A stretch of 64,000 nt of DNA from Desulfobacterales bacterium (GCA_963668645.2 CAXXWC010000021.1:544001-608000), one strand, 5' to 3'. Shown: positions 26,990-37,512, counted from the stretch's first letter. The notes: generated by a model from the letters alone, not told the origin. Made by a program: numbers and translations.

Positions 26990-27958
26990 TCAACCATTCA
27001 GGTGGCATGCCACTCCGCGCGAAGCGTCGAGCCGTCTCCAGGGCGGATACTGCCGCCGGCACAAGTCCATGGCCTTAGGACAGCGCGGGTGAAAGTAACA
27101 CCCCGGAGGCGGGTTGATGGGCGATGGCACCTCGGCCTCGATACGCGGCACATCGCGTCTCACCTGGGGATCTGGAATCGGAGACGCCTCACGCAGGAGG
27201 ACCGTGTAGGGGTGAAGGGGGTTTTCGAAAAGCTCCGTCACCGTGCCCTGCTCGACGATTCGCCCCAGGTACATCACCGCCAGCCGCTGGCAGAAGTAGC
27301 GCACCACCGCCAGATCGTGGGATATGAAGATGAAGCTCAACCGGCGCTTTTCCTGCAGCCCGCGCATGAGCAGCAGGATTTGGGACTGGATCGAGACGTC
27401 CAACGCCGATACCGGCTCATCGGCGATAACCAGATCCGGCTGGAAAATGAGCGCCCGAGCGATTCCCACCCGCTGGCGCTGACCGCCGCTGAACTCGTGG
27501 GGGAACTTATCGACGGCCTCGGGCTGCAACCCCACCTCGTTTAAAAGAGAACGGACCCGCTCGTGGATTTCGGTGCGGCTGCCCATTTCGTGAACCACCA
27601 TCGGTTCGGCGAGCGTCTGCCCTACGGTGCGGCGGGGGTTGAGCGAAGCGTAGGGATCTTGAAAAATGATCTGCATTCTGCGACGGACCGCTTGAAGCCG
27701 GGCCTTGTTCAAAGCGAGCACATCCTGCCCGTCCAGCAGCACATCGCCGCAGTCCGGCTCGATCAAGCGCAACAATCCCCTGCCGACCGTGGATTTACCG
27801 CATCCCGACTCGCCGACCAGCCCGAAGGCCTCCCCCTTCTGGACATCGAACGTGACCCCGTCGACGGCGCGCACCGTGACTGTTTCGGGATTGGGAAATC
27901 CCCGCTTCATCGTGAAAAACTTTTGCAAAGACTTCACCTGCAGCAGTGGTGGACTCAT
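26990..27958 (-). CDS. oligopeptide/dipeptide ABC ATP-binding protein (DppF-like)
   Basis: [33 protein letters not shown]-terminal Cys cluster. Confidence 0.92.
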   Translation of the reverse strand: MSPPLLQVKSLQKFFTMKRGFPNPETVTVRAVDGVTFDVQKGEAFGLVGESGCGKSTVGRGLLRLIEPDCGDVLLDGQDVLALNKARLQAVRRRMQIIFQDPYASLNPRRTVGQTLAEPMVVHEMGSRTEIHERVRSLLNEVGLQPEAVDKFPHEFSGGQRQRVGIARALIFQPDLVIADEPVSALDVSIQSQILLLMRGLQEKRRLSFIFISHDLAVVRYFCQRLAVMYLGRIVEQGTVTELFENPLHPYTVLLREASPIPDPQVRRDVPRIEAEVPSPINPPPGCYFHPRCPKAMDLCRRQYPPWRRLDASRGVACHLNG

Positions 27959-28983
27959 GCGGCCCCTTCCGATTCGCCCCAGCCCCCCTGGCTGCGGTTC
28001 GACCCGAGCCGGCAGCGAACCAGGTGCCGTCCCTGGCCGTCGACAGCGCGCAATTGCGGCATGCGCCCGGCGCACCCCTCTTGCCGGAAATCACATCGGC
28101 TGAAAAATCGGCACCCGGCGGGCATCTGGTCGATTCCCGGCACGACACCGCCAATGGGGCGGATACGCTGATCGCTGCGGTCCAGTCGCGGGATGGACCG
28201 CAGCAGGGCCTGGGTGTAAGGATGGCGCGGATTGTCGAACAGCTCCCGCACTTCGGCCATTTCCACGATGGTTCCCGCATACATGACGGCGACACGGTCG
28301 GCGATCCAGGCCACCACACCCAGGTCGTGGGTGATGAAAATCATCGACATGCGCCGTTCCCGCTTGAGATCGTCCAGCAGCGCCAGCACCTGGGCCTGGA
28401 TGGTCACATCCAGGGCCGTGGTCGGTTCGTCGGCCAAAATGACGTCCGGCCGGCATGCGAGGGCCATGGCGATCATGACCCTCTGGCGCATGCCGCCCGA
28501 AAGCTGGTGCGGATAATCGCCGAATCGGCGCCGCGCCGATGGAATCTTCACCTGTTCGAGCAGATCGAGGGCGCCGGCGCCGGCGTCCTTCCAGTTCATG
28601 GCGCGATGATAGTAAAGCGCCTCGGCCACCTGGCGGCCCACGGTGAGCACCGGGTTGAGCGAGGTCATGGGCTCCTGGAAAATCATGGCCAGCTTGTCGC
28701 CCCTGAGGCTGCGCATCTCGGCGTCTTTAAGATCCAGGAGATTGCGGCCTTTGAAAAAGACCTTCCCGCCGCTGATGCGGCTGCCGGGCGATGGCAGCAG
28801 GCGCATGACGGTAAAAGCGGTCACGCTCTTGCCGCATCCCGATTCTCCCACCAGCGCCAGCGTCTCGTTGGCCAAGAGCTGAAACGAAACATCCACGATG
28901 GCCGGGAACCAGCCGGATCTGACATGAAACTGGGTCGTCAGATGCTGGATATCGAGAATCGGTTGTTCACCCGGGACATTCAT
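27955..28983 (-). CDS. oligopeptide/dipeptide ABC ATP-binding protein (DppD-like)
   Basis: [38 protein letters not shown]. Confidence 0.92.
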   Translation of the reverse strand: MNVPGEQPILDIQHLTTQFHVRSGWFPAIVDVSFQLLANETLALVGESGCGKSVTAFTVMRLLPSPGSRISGGKVFFKGRNLLDLKDAEMRSLRGDKLAMIFQEPMTSLNPVLTVGRQVAEALYYHRAMNWKDAGAGALDLLEQVKIPSARRRFGDYPHQLSGGMRQRVMIAMALACRPDVILADEPTTALDVTIQAQVLALLDDLKRERRMSMIFITHDLGVVAWIADRVAVMYAGTIVEMAEVRELFDNPRHPYTQALLRSIPRLDRSDQRIRPIGGVVPGIDQMPAGCRFFSRCDFRQEGCAGRMPQLRAVDGQGRHLVRCRLGSNRSQGGWGESEGAA

Positions 28984-28986
28984 TTC

Positions 28987-29859
28987 TCACGACCCTCTCA
29001 GCTTCGGATCAATGGCGTCTCGCAGTCCGTCTCCGAGCATATTGAACGCCAGAACGGAAATCAGGATGAACAGACCAGGATAAATGGAGACCCAGGGCGC
29101 ATCCATGATATGCAGAAACCCCTCCCGAATCATGCCGCCCCAGGTGGCGGTGGGCGGTTTGACGCCAAGTCCGATGAAGCTCAGCGAGGCTTCGATCCTG
29201 ACGGCCGTCGCCACCCAAAGGGAGCCCATGACCATCAGCTCTCCGAGGATGTTGGGCAGGATATGGACGGCCATGATCCTCAGGTCCGAAAATCCCATGG
29301 CCCGGCAGGCCTCGATATAGTCGCGACTTTTGACGACCATGGTGGGCGCCCGGGCGATACGCGCGAACCGGGGCGTCACCGTCAGTGCGATGGCCAGGGT
29401 GAGGTTGACGAGGTTCGGACCGAGCACCGCCACCACCATGAGCCCCATGAGCAGCGTGGGGATGGCCATAAAAACGTCCATCACGCCCATGATGAGATGG
29501 TCCGGAGTCCCGCCGCGGTATCCGGAGTAGATGCCGAGGATGCTGCCGGCGACCATCCCCAGAAGAACCGACAGGCTGCCCACGGTAAGCGAAATGCGGG
29601 CACCCCACAGAATGCGCGAGAAAATGTCCCTCCCGAAATGGTCCGTTCCGAGCAGATATCGGGAGCAAGGCGGTTGAAGACGTGAAAGGATATGCTGTTC
29701 GACGGGATTATGCGGAGAGACCCAGGGCGCCAGCAGTGCCAGCAGTGCCAGCACAACAAGGAGCACCAATCCCACCCAGGAGGTTTTGTTGCGATTGAAA
29801 ACCTCGACGATTTCATTCAAGGTGCGCCGCCATTTGCGCTTGTCGACGGTCGGTCTCAT
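28987..29859 (-). CDS. peptide-family ABC permease (DppC-like)
   Basis: LGTDHFGRDIFSR, EAA-loop region, LSFIGLG..PP...WG.M. Confidence 0.92.
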   Translation of the reverse strand: MRPTVDKRKWRRTLNEIVEVFNRNKTSWVGLVLLVVLALLALLAPWVSPHNPVEQHILSRLQPPCSRYLLGTDHFGRDIFSRILWGARISLTVGSLSVLLGMVAGSILGIYSGYRGGTPDHLIMGVMDVFMAIPTLLMGLMVVAVLGPNLVNLTLAIALTVTPRFARIARAPTMVVKSRDYIEACRAMGFSDLRIMAVHILPNILGELMVMGSLWVATAVRIEASLSFIGLGVKPPTATWGGMIREGFLHIMDAPWVSIYPGLFILISVLAFNMLGDGLRDAIDPKLRGS

Positions 29860-30797
29860 TGATGCTTGACCCTCGGATCCACCAAGCCGTAAGTCAGGTC
29901 CGTCAGCAGATTCACCAGAACGATGATGAACGAATAGACCACCATCAGCCCCTGCAGCAGGGTGTAGTCCCGGTCCACCAGGGCGGAGACGATGAGCTTG
30001 CCCAGCCCGGGACGGTTGAAAACGATCTCCGTAAGCACAGAGTTGCCGATGAGCACCCCCAAATAGAGACCGATGACGGTCACGATGGGAATCAGGGCGT
30101 TTTTGAGCACATGCCGCAACAGGATGACCATCCCCGGGATGCCTTTGGCCACAGCCGTTCTGACGTAATCTTCCCGCAGCACTTCAAGCATGGACGAGCG
30201 GGTCGAGCGGGTCACGTAGGCCATCATGATCAGGCCGAGATTGACGGCGGGCAGGGCCAGGTGGTGCAGCCGTGTCACCGGGTCCGAGAGGATCGGATCG
30301 CTTATGACGGGAAACCAGTCGAGCTTGATGGACAATACGATAATCAAAAGGATGGCCGAATAGAAAGCCGGAAACGAAAGCCCGATGAGCGACAGGGTAC
30401 GAATGATGTAGTCGGTGACTGAATTGCGATATATGGCGGTGGCCATCCCGAACGGGATGCCCAGCACGACACCGAAAAGCACGCCGGCAACGGTCAGCTC
30501 GATGGTGAACGGGAGCACATTCCAGACCTCCTGCATCACCGGATTGCCGCTCAACAGTGATTTGCCCAGGTCCCCATGGGCGATGGAAACGAGAAATGAA
30601 AAATACTGCTCGATGAGGGGCCGATCCAATCCCAGCTTTTGATGAAGCGCCTCGATGGCTTCAGGCGACGCCTGGTCGCCCAGGACCACCAGGGCGGGAT
30701 CCCCTGGTGCAATGCGCACGATGACAAACACCAGGGTGAGCACCGCAATGAGGATGGGAATGGATAAAAGGCCCCTTTTGAGAATGTATTTAAGCAT
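29856..30797 (-). CDS. peptide-family ABC permease (DppB-like)
   Basis: PGDP, LGLDRP, RSSMLEVL.EDYVRTA.AKG, TE.VF..PGLG. Confidence 0.92.
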   Translation of the reverse strand: MLKYILKRGLLSIPILIAVLTLVFVIVRIAPGDPALVVLGDQASPEAIEALHQKLGLDRPLIEQYFSFLVSIAHGDLGKSLLSGNPVMQEVWNVLPFTIELTVAGVLFGVVLGIPFGMATAIYRNSVTDYIIRTLSLIGLSFPAFYSAILLIIVLSIKLDWFPVISDPILSDPVTRLHHLALPAVNLGLIMMAYVTRSTRSSMLEVLREDYVRTAVAKGIPGMVILLRHVLKNALIPIVTVIGLYLGVLIGNSVLTEIVFNRPGLGKLIVSALVDRDYTLLQGLMVVYSFIIVLVNLLTDLTYGLVDPRVKHQ

Positions 30798-30806
30798 TGG
30801 GGTTTG

Positions 30807-32366
30807 TTACCGGATGGTCGTCTGCTCGGTAATCACCGGCCCGTTGGAGATGGCGTTCTTGAGCGTATACCCGTATTCGACGGTGCCCTTGCGCCCCCAG
30901 ACCTGAAGTAGCTCGAACAGGGGAATGGCGCAGCACTCGGAAATGATCTTTTGCTGGGCCTTTTTCCACAATTCGCTTTGCCTGGCACTGTCCGGCTCGC
31001 GCCGGGCCGCATCGATCTCCTCGTCCGCCACCTGGGTATGCGAGAAGTTGGAGGCCGCCGTCGGCGTTCCGACGATGCTGCTCGAATGGTAGAATTCGCC
31101 AAGATAGGTATCGGCCACCGGGAATCGTGCCGCACCGTAAAGCACCATCGAGCTGGCGTCCTGGCGAATGAGCTTGTGGAAGGCCGAATGTTCCACCACC
31201 TGGAGATCCAGGGCGATATCCACCTTGCGCAACTGCTCCTGGATGATCTCCATGGGCAGGCGCAGCGGATCGACCTGGGTAATGATCACTTTGAGGGTGA
31301 ACCCGTTCGGGTAGCCGGCTTCCTTCAGCAGGGCCTTGGCTTTTTCCGGGCTGTATTCATAGCGCGGCACATCTTCGCTGTGGCCCAGATAGTTCCTGGG
31401 AATGATAGAATAGTTGGCAACGCTCACGTCCTTGCCCAGAAAGGCGACGATCTCGTCACGGTTGACGGCATGGGCGATGGCCTTGCGGACCCGGATATCG
31501 TCCAGGGGCTTGACCGTCATGTTCAGGTGCAGCGTCCTCAGCTCGCCCAATCCAAAAACGTCCACCTTGGTGTTTTTTCCCTGGCGCAGGCGCTCGACCC
31601 AGCGTTGTTCGCGGGTGCCGTAAAAAAGATCGATCTCGCCTTTGGTGAAAGCCAGCTCGCGGCTGGAATCATCGGGCAGGTAGCGGTATACGATTTTGTC
31701 GATTTTGGGCGCCCCACGGTAGTAGTCCTGGTTGGCAACGAGGGTCACGCTGCGTTTGGGCAGGTATTCGAAAAAGGCGAACGGCCCGGTTCCGACGGGG
31801 TTCAGCTTAAGGTCCTCGCCGTATTTTTGCGCCGCTTTTTTACAGAGGATCATGCCGCCATGATCGTTGGTGACAAGCCCGAGAAGATAGGGAACGGGTT
31901 GTTTCAGCTTGATTTCAACGGTGTATTTATCGAGTGCCTTGACCGATTCAAGCGCCTGATAGACTTTGTATGCGGAAGAAAGCTGCTTATCGGCGGCCCG
32001 CTTGATGGAAAAGACAACGTCTTCAGAGGTCAGCTCCCCGAACCCGTTGTGGAACTGGACCCCTTTGCGAAGATAGAATGTCCAGGTGAGTCTGTCTTGG
32101 CTGGATGTCCACTTTTCGGCCAGGTCCGGTTCGATATCTTGCGGACTGGCGCTTCCCGGTTTGAAACGGACCAGACCGTTAAAAATCCAGGGAAAGAGAA
32201 TCCTGTCCTGGCTTTTGGTAGAAATGTGGGGAATCAGGATGTTGGCGTCATTGCTGAGAGTGCCCACATTGAGAACCACTTCGGCAGATGCCGTGGAGAA
32301 TGCCGCCGAACATATGCCTGCGACAATCAAGACCGTAACAAGAAACAGGCCTGCTGTTCTCTTCAT
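30807..32366 (-). CDS. ABC substrate-binding protein, family 5
   Basis: Signal peptide, PDLAEKW, WTFYLRKGV.FH, PVGTGPF. Confidence 0.92.
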   Translation of the reverse strand: MKRTAGLFLVTVLIVAGICSAAFSTASAEVVLNVGTLSNDANILIPHISTKSQDRILFPWIFNGLVRFKPGSASPQDIEPDLAEKWTSSQDRLTWTFYLRKGVQFHNGFGELTSEDVVFSIKRAADKQLSSAYKVYQALESVKALDKYTVEIKLKQPVPYLLGLVTNDHGGMILCKKAAQKYGEDLKLNPVGTGPFAFFEYLPKRSVTLVANQDYYRGAPKIDKIVYRYLPDDSSRELAFTKGEIDLFYGTREQRWVERLRQGKNTKVDVFGLGELRTLHLNMTVKPLDDIRVRKAIAHAVNRDEIVAFLGKDVSVANYSIIPRNYLGHSEDVPRYEYSPEKAKALLKEAGYPNGFTLKVIITQVDPLRLPMEIIQEQLRKVDIALDLQVVEHSAFHKLIRQDASSMVLYGAARFPVADTYLGEFYHSSSIVGTPTAASNFSHTQVADEEIDAARREPDSARQSELWKKAQQKIISECCAIPLFELLQVWGRKGTVEYGYTLKNAISNGPVITEQTTIR

Positions 32367-32468
32367 GATCGTCTCTCCTTTGCTTGGTTGTGGTTCATTT
32401 CACCCAATGGGAAGATCGAGGTTTCTCTGTCTTATGTCACCAGGCGAATGGATTGGAAATATGCACTC

Positions 32469-32514
32469 GTGCCTATAAACCCATGGGCACAAGTGCCTAT
32501 TTGCCGATAGGCAC
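32469..32514. promoter_or_regulatory. tandem palindromic operator pair GTGCCTAT-N6-AT(A/G)GGCAC
   Basis: Site 1 at 32469-32490 (one mismatch), site 2 at 32493-32514 (perfect), about 100-150 bp upstream of the ABC operon start. Confidence 0.75.
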
Positions 32515-32590
32515 TTTTTGGAAAAAAACGCGGAATGACCGGGTGGATGGCGTCTATGGGGGTGAAGGGAACCGGGGGACTTTCGAGGCG

Positions 32591-33250
32591 CTAAGGCAAG
32601 GGACTTACGTATCCTTTGCGGATGGCGTATTTCACCAGACCGGCCGTCTTTCGGATATTGAGCTTGCGTTTGATGGCGGCACGGTGATGCTGGACGGTCT
32701 TAAAACTGATGCACAACAGGTCGGCAATTTCCTTGTTGGTCTTTTCTTCGGCAATCAATTGAAGCACTTCCCGTTCGCGCACACTCAACGGCTCGACGGG
32801 AACGGTGAACTGGCCGGTTCTGTAGGCCATGGCCATTTCCTCGTTCAGCTCTTCGGTGAGCAGCGGGGATATGAAAACTTTGCCCTTGCGGATGGTATCG
32901 ATGGCTGTAAAGATCTCCTTGGGAGCGTCTTCCTTTAAAAGGTATCCATTCACACCCGCGGCGAGGGCATGATGCAAATAGCGGGTACTTCTGTGCATGG
33001 TGAGAATTAATAGTTTCACCTCCTGATAAAGCATCTTGATCTCGACGGCAGCCTCGATTCCCCGAAGCTTCGGCAGGGAAATATCGAGAATCACCATATC
33101 CGGAGCCGCTGCCCGCATCATTCTGAGCAGCTCGACGCCGTCCCCGGCCTCTCCGACCACTTCAAGATCACCCACGCCTTCCATGATCTTCTTAAGGCCC
33201 TGGCGAAAGATCACGTGATCGTCACACAGCAGGATCGGATACGATGCCAT
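32591..33250 (-). CDS. NarL/LuxR-family response regulator
   Basis: DDH, LDISLP, LTMH, GYLLK, LS.RE.EVL, KTV..HR. Confidence 0.95.
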   Translation of the reverse strand: MASYPILLCDDHVIFRQGLKKIMEGVGDLEVVGEAGDGVELLRMMRAAAPDMVILDISLPKLRGIEAAVEIKMLYQEVKLLILTMHRSTRYLHHALAAGVNGYLLKEDAPKEIFTAIDTIRKGKVFISPLLTEELNEEMAMAYRTGQFTVPVEPLSVREREVLQLIAEEKTNKEIADLLCISFKTVQHHRAAIKRKLNIRKTAGLVKYAIRKGYVSPLP

Positions 33251-35060
33251 CGCTTGGCTCCCTATCTACAGGAACGTGGAGTCGAATGGAGGTTCCCCCG
33301 TTGTTGGAACTGGTGATATGCAAGATGGCATTCAGTATCCTGGCCCTCTCGTGCATCGCCGCCAGTCCAAGCCCCCTGTTCCGGGTCTCGCACGATATGA
33401 ACTCGTCCACGTCAAAGCCCCGGCCGTTATCCGAGACCAGGAGCAACACGGTGTCAACCCCTTTCTTCGCCCCTACGCGAATCCGGGTGGCACCCGAGTG
33501 TTTCCCGATGTTGGTCAGCGCCTCCTGAAAAATGCGATAGATCACGATTTGCGTCTCCTGGGCAAAAAGGTCGTCCAACTCGTCGATATCAACGTCAGCC
33601 CCGATGCGGTAGCGCTTGACGAAATCCTCCACGAGCCACCCAACGGCCGCTGTCAGGCCCAGGTCTTCCAGCAACGAGGGTGTCAGATCGCGGCAGATGC
33701 GCCTTATGTTTTCAACTACCTGATCGATGTAACGCAGCGTCTCCTCGCACTGCTCTTTGAGTTCCGATTGTGTTTCGACCAGACCGTTTTCCAAAAGCGT
33801 CACCCTGAACTTTAACGCCATGAGCGACTGGCCCACTTCATCGTGCAACTCGCTGGAGATACGCCGGCTCTCCCTTTCCTGCGTCGTCAGCAACTGAGAA
33901 GTCAGCAGGTGCAGTCTCTTTTCCGATTCCTGCAAAGCCTCCTCCACCATCTTGCGCGCCGTGATATCCCGCGAATTGATCACGACTCCTTGCACTGCCG
34001 GGTCGGACAGGAGATTGCGCCCCACCGTTTCCACGGTGCGCCAACCGGCATCTGCCCGCATCATACGGAATTCACCGGCTTCGGTCACCGCCGTTTTTTG
34101 CAGGATGGAATGAAAGAAAAGGCCGAATATTTCCAGATCCTCCGGATGCAGAACCGCGGCAAGGGGACTTTTCACGAGGTCAGAGGGCCGCGAACCCAGT
34201 ATCCGTTCGGACGACGGGCTCATGTATACGATCCTTCCTTCTTCATCCAGCAGGGTGACCATGTCGGACGCATTTTCGATCAGCGACCGGAAATGCTCTT
34301 CGCTGTGCTTTAGGGCGCCGAGGCTTTCCTGAAGCTGTGCCGCCATCTTGTTAAAAACGGTTGAAAGGTGGCCGAACTCATCCTTGCTCTGGACCGGTAT
34401 GCGCGTTTCGAGCGCCCCGTGTCCGACGCTTTGGGCTCCGGAAACGAGCAACCTGAGCGGTGCAGTGAGTTTTCGGGCGACGAAAACCATCAGAAAGGCC
34501 AGAACGAACGATACGAAAAACGCTACTGTGGCGACGTAAATACCCGTTTTGTTGAACGCGCCGTAGATTTCCCTGTAGGTGTCCGTTGCGATTACATACC
34601 AGTTCCACGGTGCGAAGTGCTCATACATGGCCAGGTTCTTCGTCCCGGACCATGAGTAGGTGATGCGCTTTCGACGCCCTTGGCAAATTTCCCGAAACCA
34701 GAGCGTATCGCCCACATCTTTGCCGATGGATGCCGGATCCGGATGGGCTACGACATGTCCCTCGGAATCGACCACGAATACGTACCCCTGTTCGCCGATT
34801 TCAATGGCGCCGAGCGTGAACCCGGCGTCGTACTGGGCCTTTTTAACTCCAGAAGCAATATTCGTGATCCCGTAATGCCTTAAAAATTTCTCGTTTTCCA
34901 CCACTGCTTTCATGGCTTCCGACAGCCGGGTCTCGAGCCAGCGCTCGGCAAGATCAGTAAGCGCGGAACGTGAAAGACAATAGGTTACGCCTGCGCCGAC
35001 AAACAGCGACAACAGAACCATAGGCAGGGCCGTAGCGAGTATTTTCGTATAGATCTTCAC
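33222..35060 (-). CDS. sensor histidine kinase (Cache-HAMP-PAS-HisKA_3)
   Basis: TM, GYVFVVD..G..VAHP, HAMP (DEFG.L...FN.M), PAS, ELHDEVGQ, QEALTN..KH, DNG.GF. Confidence 0.92.
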   Translation of the reverse strand: MKIYTKILATALPMVLLSLFVGAGVTYCLSRSALTDLAERWLETRLSEAMKAVVENEKFLRHYGITNIASGVKKAQYDAGFTLGAIEIGEQGYVFVVDSEGHVVAHPDPASIGKDVGDTLWFREICQGRRKRITYSWSGTKNLAMYEHFAPWNWYVIATDTYREIYGAFNKTGIYVATVAFFVSFVLAFLMVFVARKLTAPLRLLVSGAQSVGHGALETRIPVQSKDEFGHLSTVFNKMAAQLQESLGALKHSEEHFRSLIENASDMVTLLDEEGRIVYMSPSSERILGSRPSDLVKSPLAAVLHPEDLEIFGLFFHSILQKTAVTEAGEFRMMRADAGWRTVETVGRNLLSDPAVQGVVINSRDITARKMVEEALQESEKRLHLLTSQLLTTQERESRRISSELHDEVGQSLMALKFRVTLLENGLVETQSELKEQCEETLRYIDQVVENIRRICRDLTPSLLEDLGLTAAVGWLVEDFVKRYRIGADVDIDELDDLFAQETQIVIYRIFQEALTNIGKHSGATRIRVGAKKGVDTVLLLVSDNGRGFDVDEFISCETRNRGLGLAAMHERARILNAILHITSSNNGGTSIRLHVPVDREPSDGIVSDPAV

Positions 35061-35122
35061 TTGTTAACCTCACGGCCGGATTTGTCATTTGCACGACGGG
35101 CACTCCATAAGAGATGAGGGTA

Positions 35123-36814
35123 TCAATCCGTTGAGCCCGCGCCCGGTGCAACGATTCTCGTCTTTTCGGTAAACTGCGGGTACAGGGCCAGGGATGCCAC
35201 CAGCGGGTGGCCGTAGTCCACGCATGGTTTTCGAGCGTATACCCGCTGGTGGTAATGCAGTGGATAGACGACCATGTCTTCGAGCAGCTTGACCTGTGCA
35301 TACTTCCACAACTTGATTTGCTTTATGGGGTCCATTTCCCTGCGGGCGCTTTCGATCAACTGATCGATCTGGGCGTAGTGCGAGAAGTTGGTGTCGGGCT
35401 TACGGCCTGTCACCACCATCGAATCGGAGTGAAAGAAACGGGTAAGAAAGGCGTCAGGATTGGGTCGCCATGCTTCATAAATGACGATGGGGTTTATGTC
35501 CTTGCGGATGAGCCGGTGCATCTGGGCGTGGTCCACGAGGCGCATCTTGAGGCGGATGCCGATCCGGGCCAACTGACGCTGCAGACTCTCGGAGTTCTTC
35601 CTGAACGGATGCATCTCGGAAGCCACGACCTCTACATCGAAACCGTTTGGGAATCCCGCCTCGCAAAGAAGCCTTTTCGCCCGGTCGAAATCGTTGCCAT
35701 AATCCAGCCCGAGATAGCGGACTTCCTCGTTTGTCAGCCCTCCAGGAAGAACCTCGGGCGGCATGGGCGACAGGATGACCACGGCGGCGCCTTTCCCGAA
35801 TGGGGCGAGAAACTCATCCCGATTGAGTCCATAGGCGACGGCCTTGCGCACACGGATGTCGTCAAATGGTTTGACTTGCGTGTTGAAATGGATGCAGGCA
35901 ATCTCTGGAACGCCAAATATATCGATCCGTGCGCTTTTATCCTTTGAAGCCCTATTGATCCACTCGGTCTCCGCAAAACCGCGAATCACGTCCAACTGGC
36001 CTTCTCGAAAGAGCCGCTCTCGCTTTTGGGCCTCTGGAAGGTACTGGATATCCACGCCTCCCAGCCGGGGAGATCCACGAAAATAATCATCATTGGCAGC
36101 AAGCTGAACGCTCTCTTTGGGCGAATGCCTCAAGAACCGGAACGGGCCGGTCCCCACCGGATGCATCTTAAAGGCCTTATCGCCCATGGCCTCCACGGCT
36201 CTCTTGGGGATGATAAAACCGCCTGCATAAGCGGTGATTTTACCGAAAAACAGGGTCGGGCTGAGAGGATGGTTCAGCACAATCGTGCAGGTATGGTCGT
36301 CCACCTTGTGAACGGTAAAATCGCTGTATTCTCCAGAATAGGCCGAGCGTTTGGGATCTGCGGCTTTTGCGAAAGAATAAACCACATCATCCGCGGTCAT
36401 TTCGTAAGGCGGGGTTTGCGGTCCGGGATGGAACACGATTCCCTTGCGAAGTTTGAAAGTCCAGACCTGCCGGCCGTCCATGATGACCGGATCGGGGATG
36501 GATTCGGCAAGGTCGGGTTCCACGCTCGGCGCGTTTCCCGGCTTGTACCGAATGAGGCCGTTGAAGATCATGTCCACGACCAGACGGTCCTCAAAGGCCG
36601 CTGCAAAATGAGGATCCAGTGATTCCAGGTCCGCCGCATTGATCCCGAAGCGTAAAATCGGCCGGCCGGTCTGGTCTTTACTGATCGGGGTGTCCTGGAA
36701 AATCTCCGCCCCTTGCCCAGCATCGCAAAACGGCGAAGTGCAAAGAAGAAGCAACAGCGCGACCGCTGCGGGCATGTTTGACAGGCGCAATCCTCTTTTG
36801 GGGCCATAGACCAT
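35123..36814 (-). CDS. second family-5 substrate-binding protein, upstream of the kinase
   Basis: LDPH, IFNGLIRYKPG, PDLAE, WTFKLRKG, PVGTGPF, NFSHY. Confidence 0.9.
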   Translation of the reverse strand: MVYGPKRGLRLSNMPAAVALLLLLCTSPFCDAGQGAEIFQDTPISKDQTGRPILRFGINAADLESLDPHFAAAFEDRLVVDMIFNGLIRYKPGNAPSVEPDLAESIPDPVIMDGRQVWTFKLRKGIVFHPGPQTPPYEMTADDVVYSFAKAADPKRSAYSGEYSDFTVHKVDDHTCTIVLNHPLSPTLFFGKITAYAGGFIIPKRAVEAMGDKAFKMHPVGTGPFRFLRHSPKESVQLAANDDYFRGSPRLGGVDIQYLPEAQKRERLFREGQLDVIRGFAETEWINRASKDKSARIDIFGVPEIACIHFNTQVKPFDDIRVRKAVAYGLNRDEFLAPFGKGAAVVILSPMPPEVLPGGLTNEEVRYLGLDYGNDFDRAKRLLCEAGFPNGFDVEVVASEMHPFRKNSESLQRQLARIGIRLKMRLVDHAQMHRLIRKDINPIVIYEAWRPNPDAFLTRFFHSDSMVVTGRKPDTNFSHYAQIDQLIESARREMDPIKQIKLWKYAQVKLLEDMVVYPLHYHQRVYARKPCVDYGHPLVASLALYPQFTEKTRIVAPGAGSTD

Positions 36815-36951
36815 GTATTGAGTCCGTCCCGCCTTCTTTGCAGCAGCCCCTGTGTTTTTTCTTGCGGGCTGGCTAGCTGGGCCGTTTTTTTATCATAAGG
36901 TAAAATTTCCAGGGGTGCAATAAGCCGATATCATCAGAAAAGCGGCCAGAC

Positions 36952-37512
36952 TCATTCTTTCTTGATGGCGATGATACTCAATGCGATCCAGGCCCCTTCG
37001 GTCTCATCCACAGAGACAGGGTCCATCCCCATGCCCAGAGACAGGGTACCGCCCTTGATTGCAAATACGTCCTTTATTGCCGGCATATCGCTCAAAGGGG
37101 CCCAATGCACCGCGTCGTTGCTCAGGTAGAGCATGACACCTTTGAACAGCTCCGCCCTTTCGGCATCTGTCATCACAGATAGTTGCTGTTGATCGAGATT
37201 GAGAATTTTCTCCAACCGGTCTTTGGAGACGTCATCCGGGACCGTTAAACTGAAATAGATGCGTTTTTTGGCAACCAGATCCACATGATCCTGACGGATG
37301 CCGAGCCATTCGCTTTCAAGAGTCAGTTTCAATGGAACGATATCGCCCTCGTCCAGATAACCGACCTGGTGATTCAACGCCTGGATCTCTTTTAGGTGCT
37401 TAAACGCACTGAGGTGATGGATCTGATCCGGGCGCAGATCACGCTGCACGATATGATGTTGGGTACATCCGGATACTGCAACAAGCATGATCAAAAATAG
37501 ATATTTTCGCAT
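36952..37512 (-). CDS. putative lipoprotein
   Basis: MRKYLFLIMLVAVSGC lipobox; GAGAGG RBS. Confidence 0.7.
   Translation of the reverse strand: MRKYLFLIMLVAVSGCTQHHIVQRDLRPDQIHHLSAFKHLKEIQALNHQVGYLDEGDIVPLKLTLESEWLGIRQDHVDLVAKKRIYFSLTVPDDVSKDRLEKILNLDQQQLSVMTDAERAELFKGVMLYLSNDAVHWAPLSDMPAIKDVFAIKGGTLSLGMGMDPVSVDETEGAWIALSIIAIKKE

Noticed and set aside
25846..32366. staphylopine/pseudopaline-type metallophore locus
   Set aside because: No nicotianamine-synthase-like gene or exporter nearby; regulation appears to be by a two-component system
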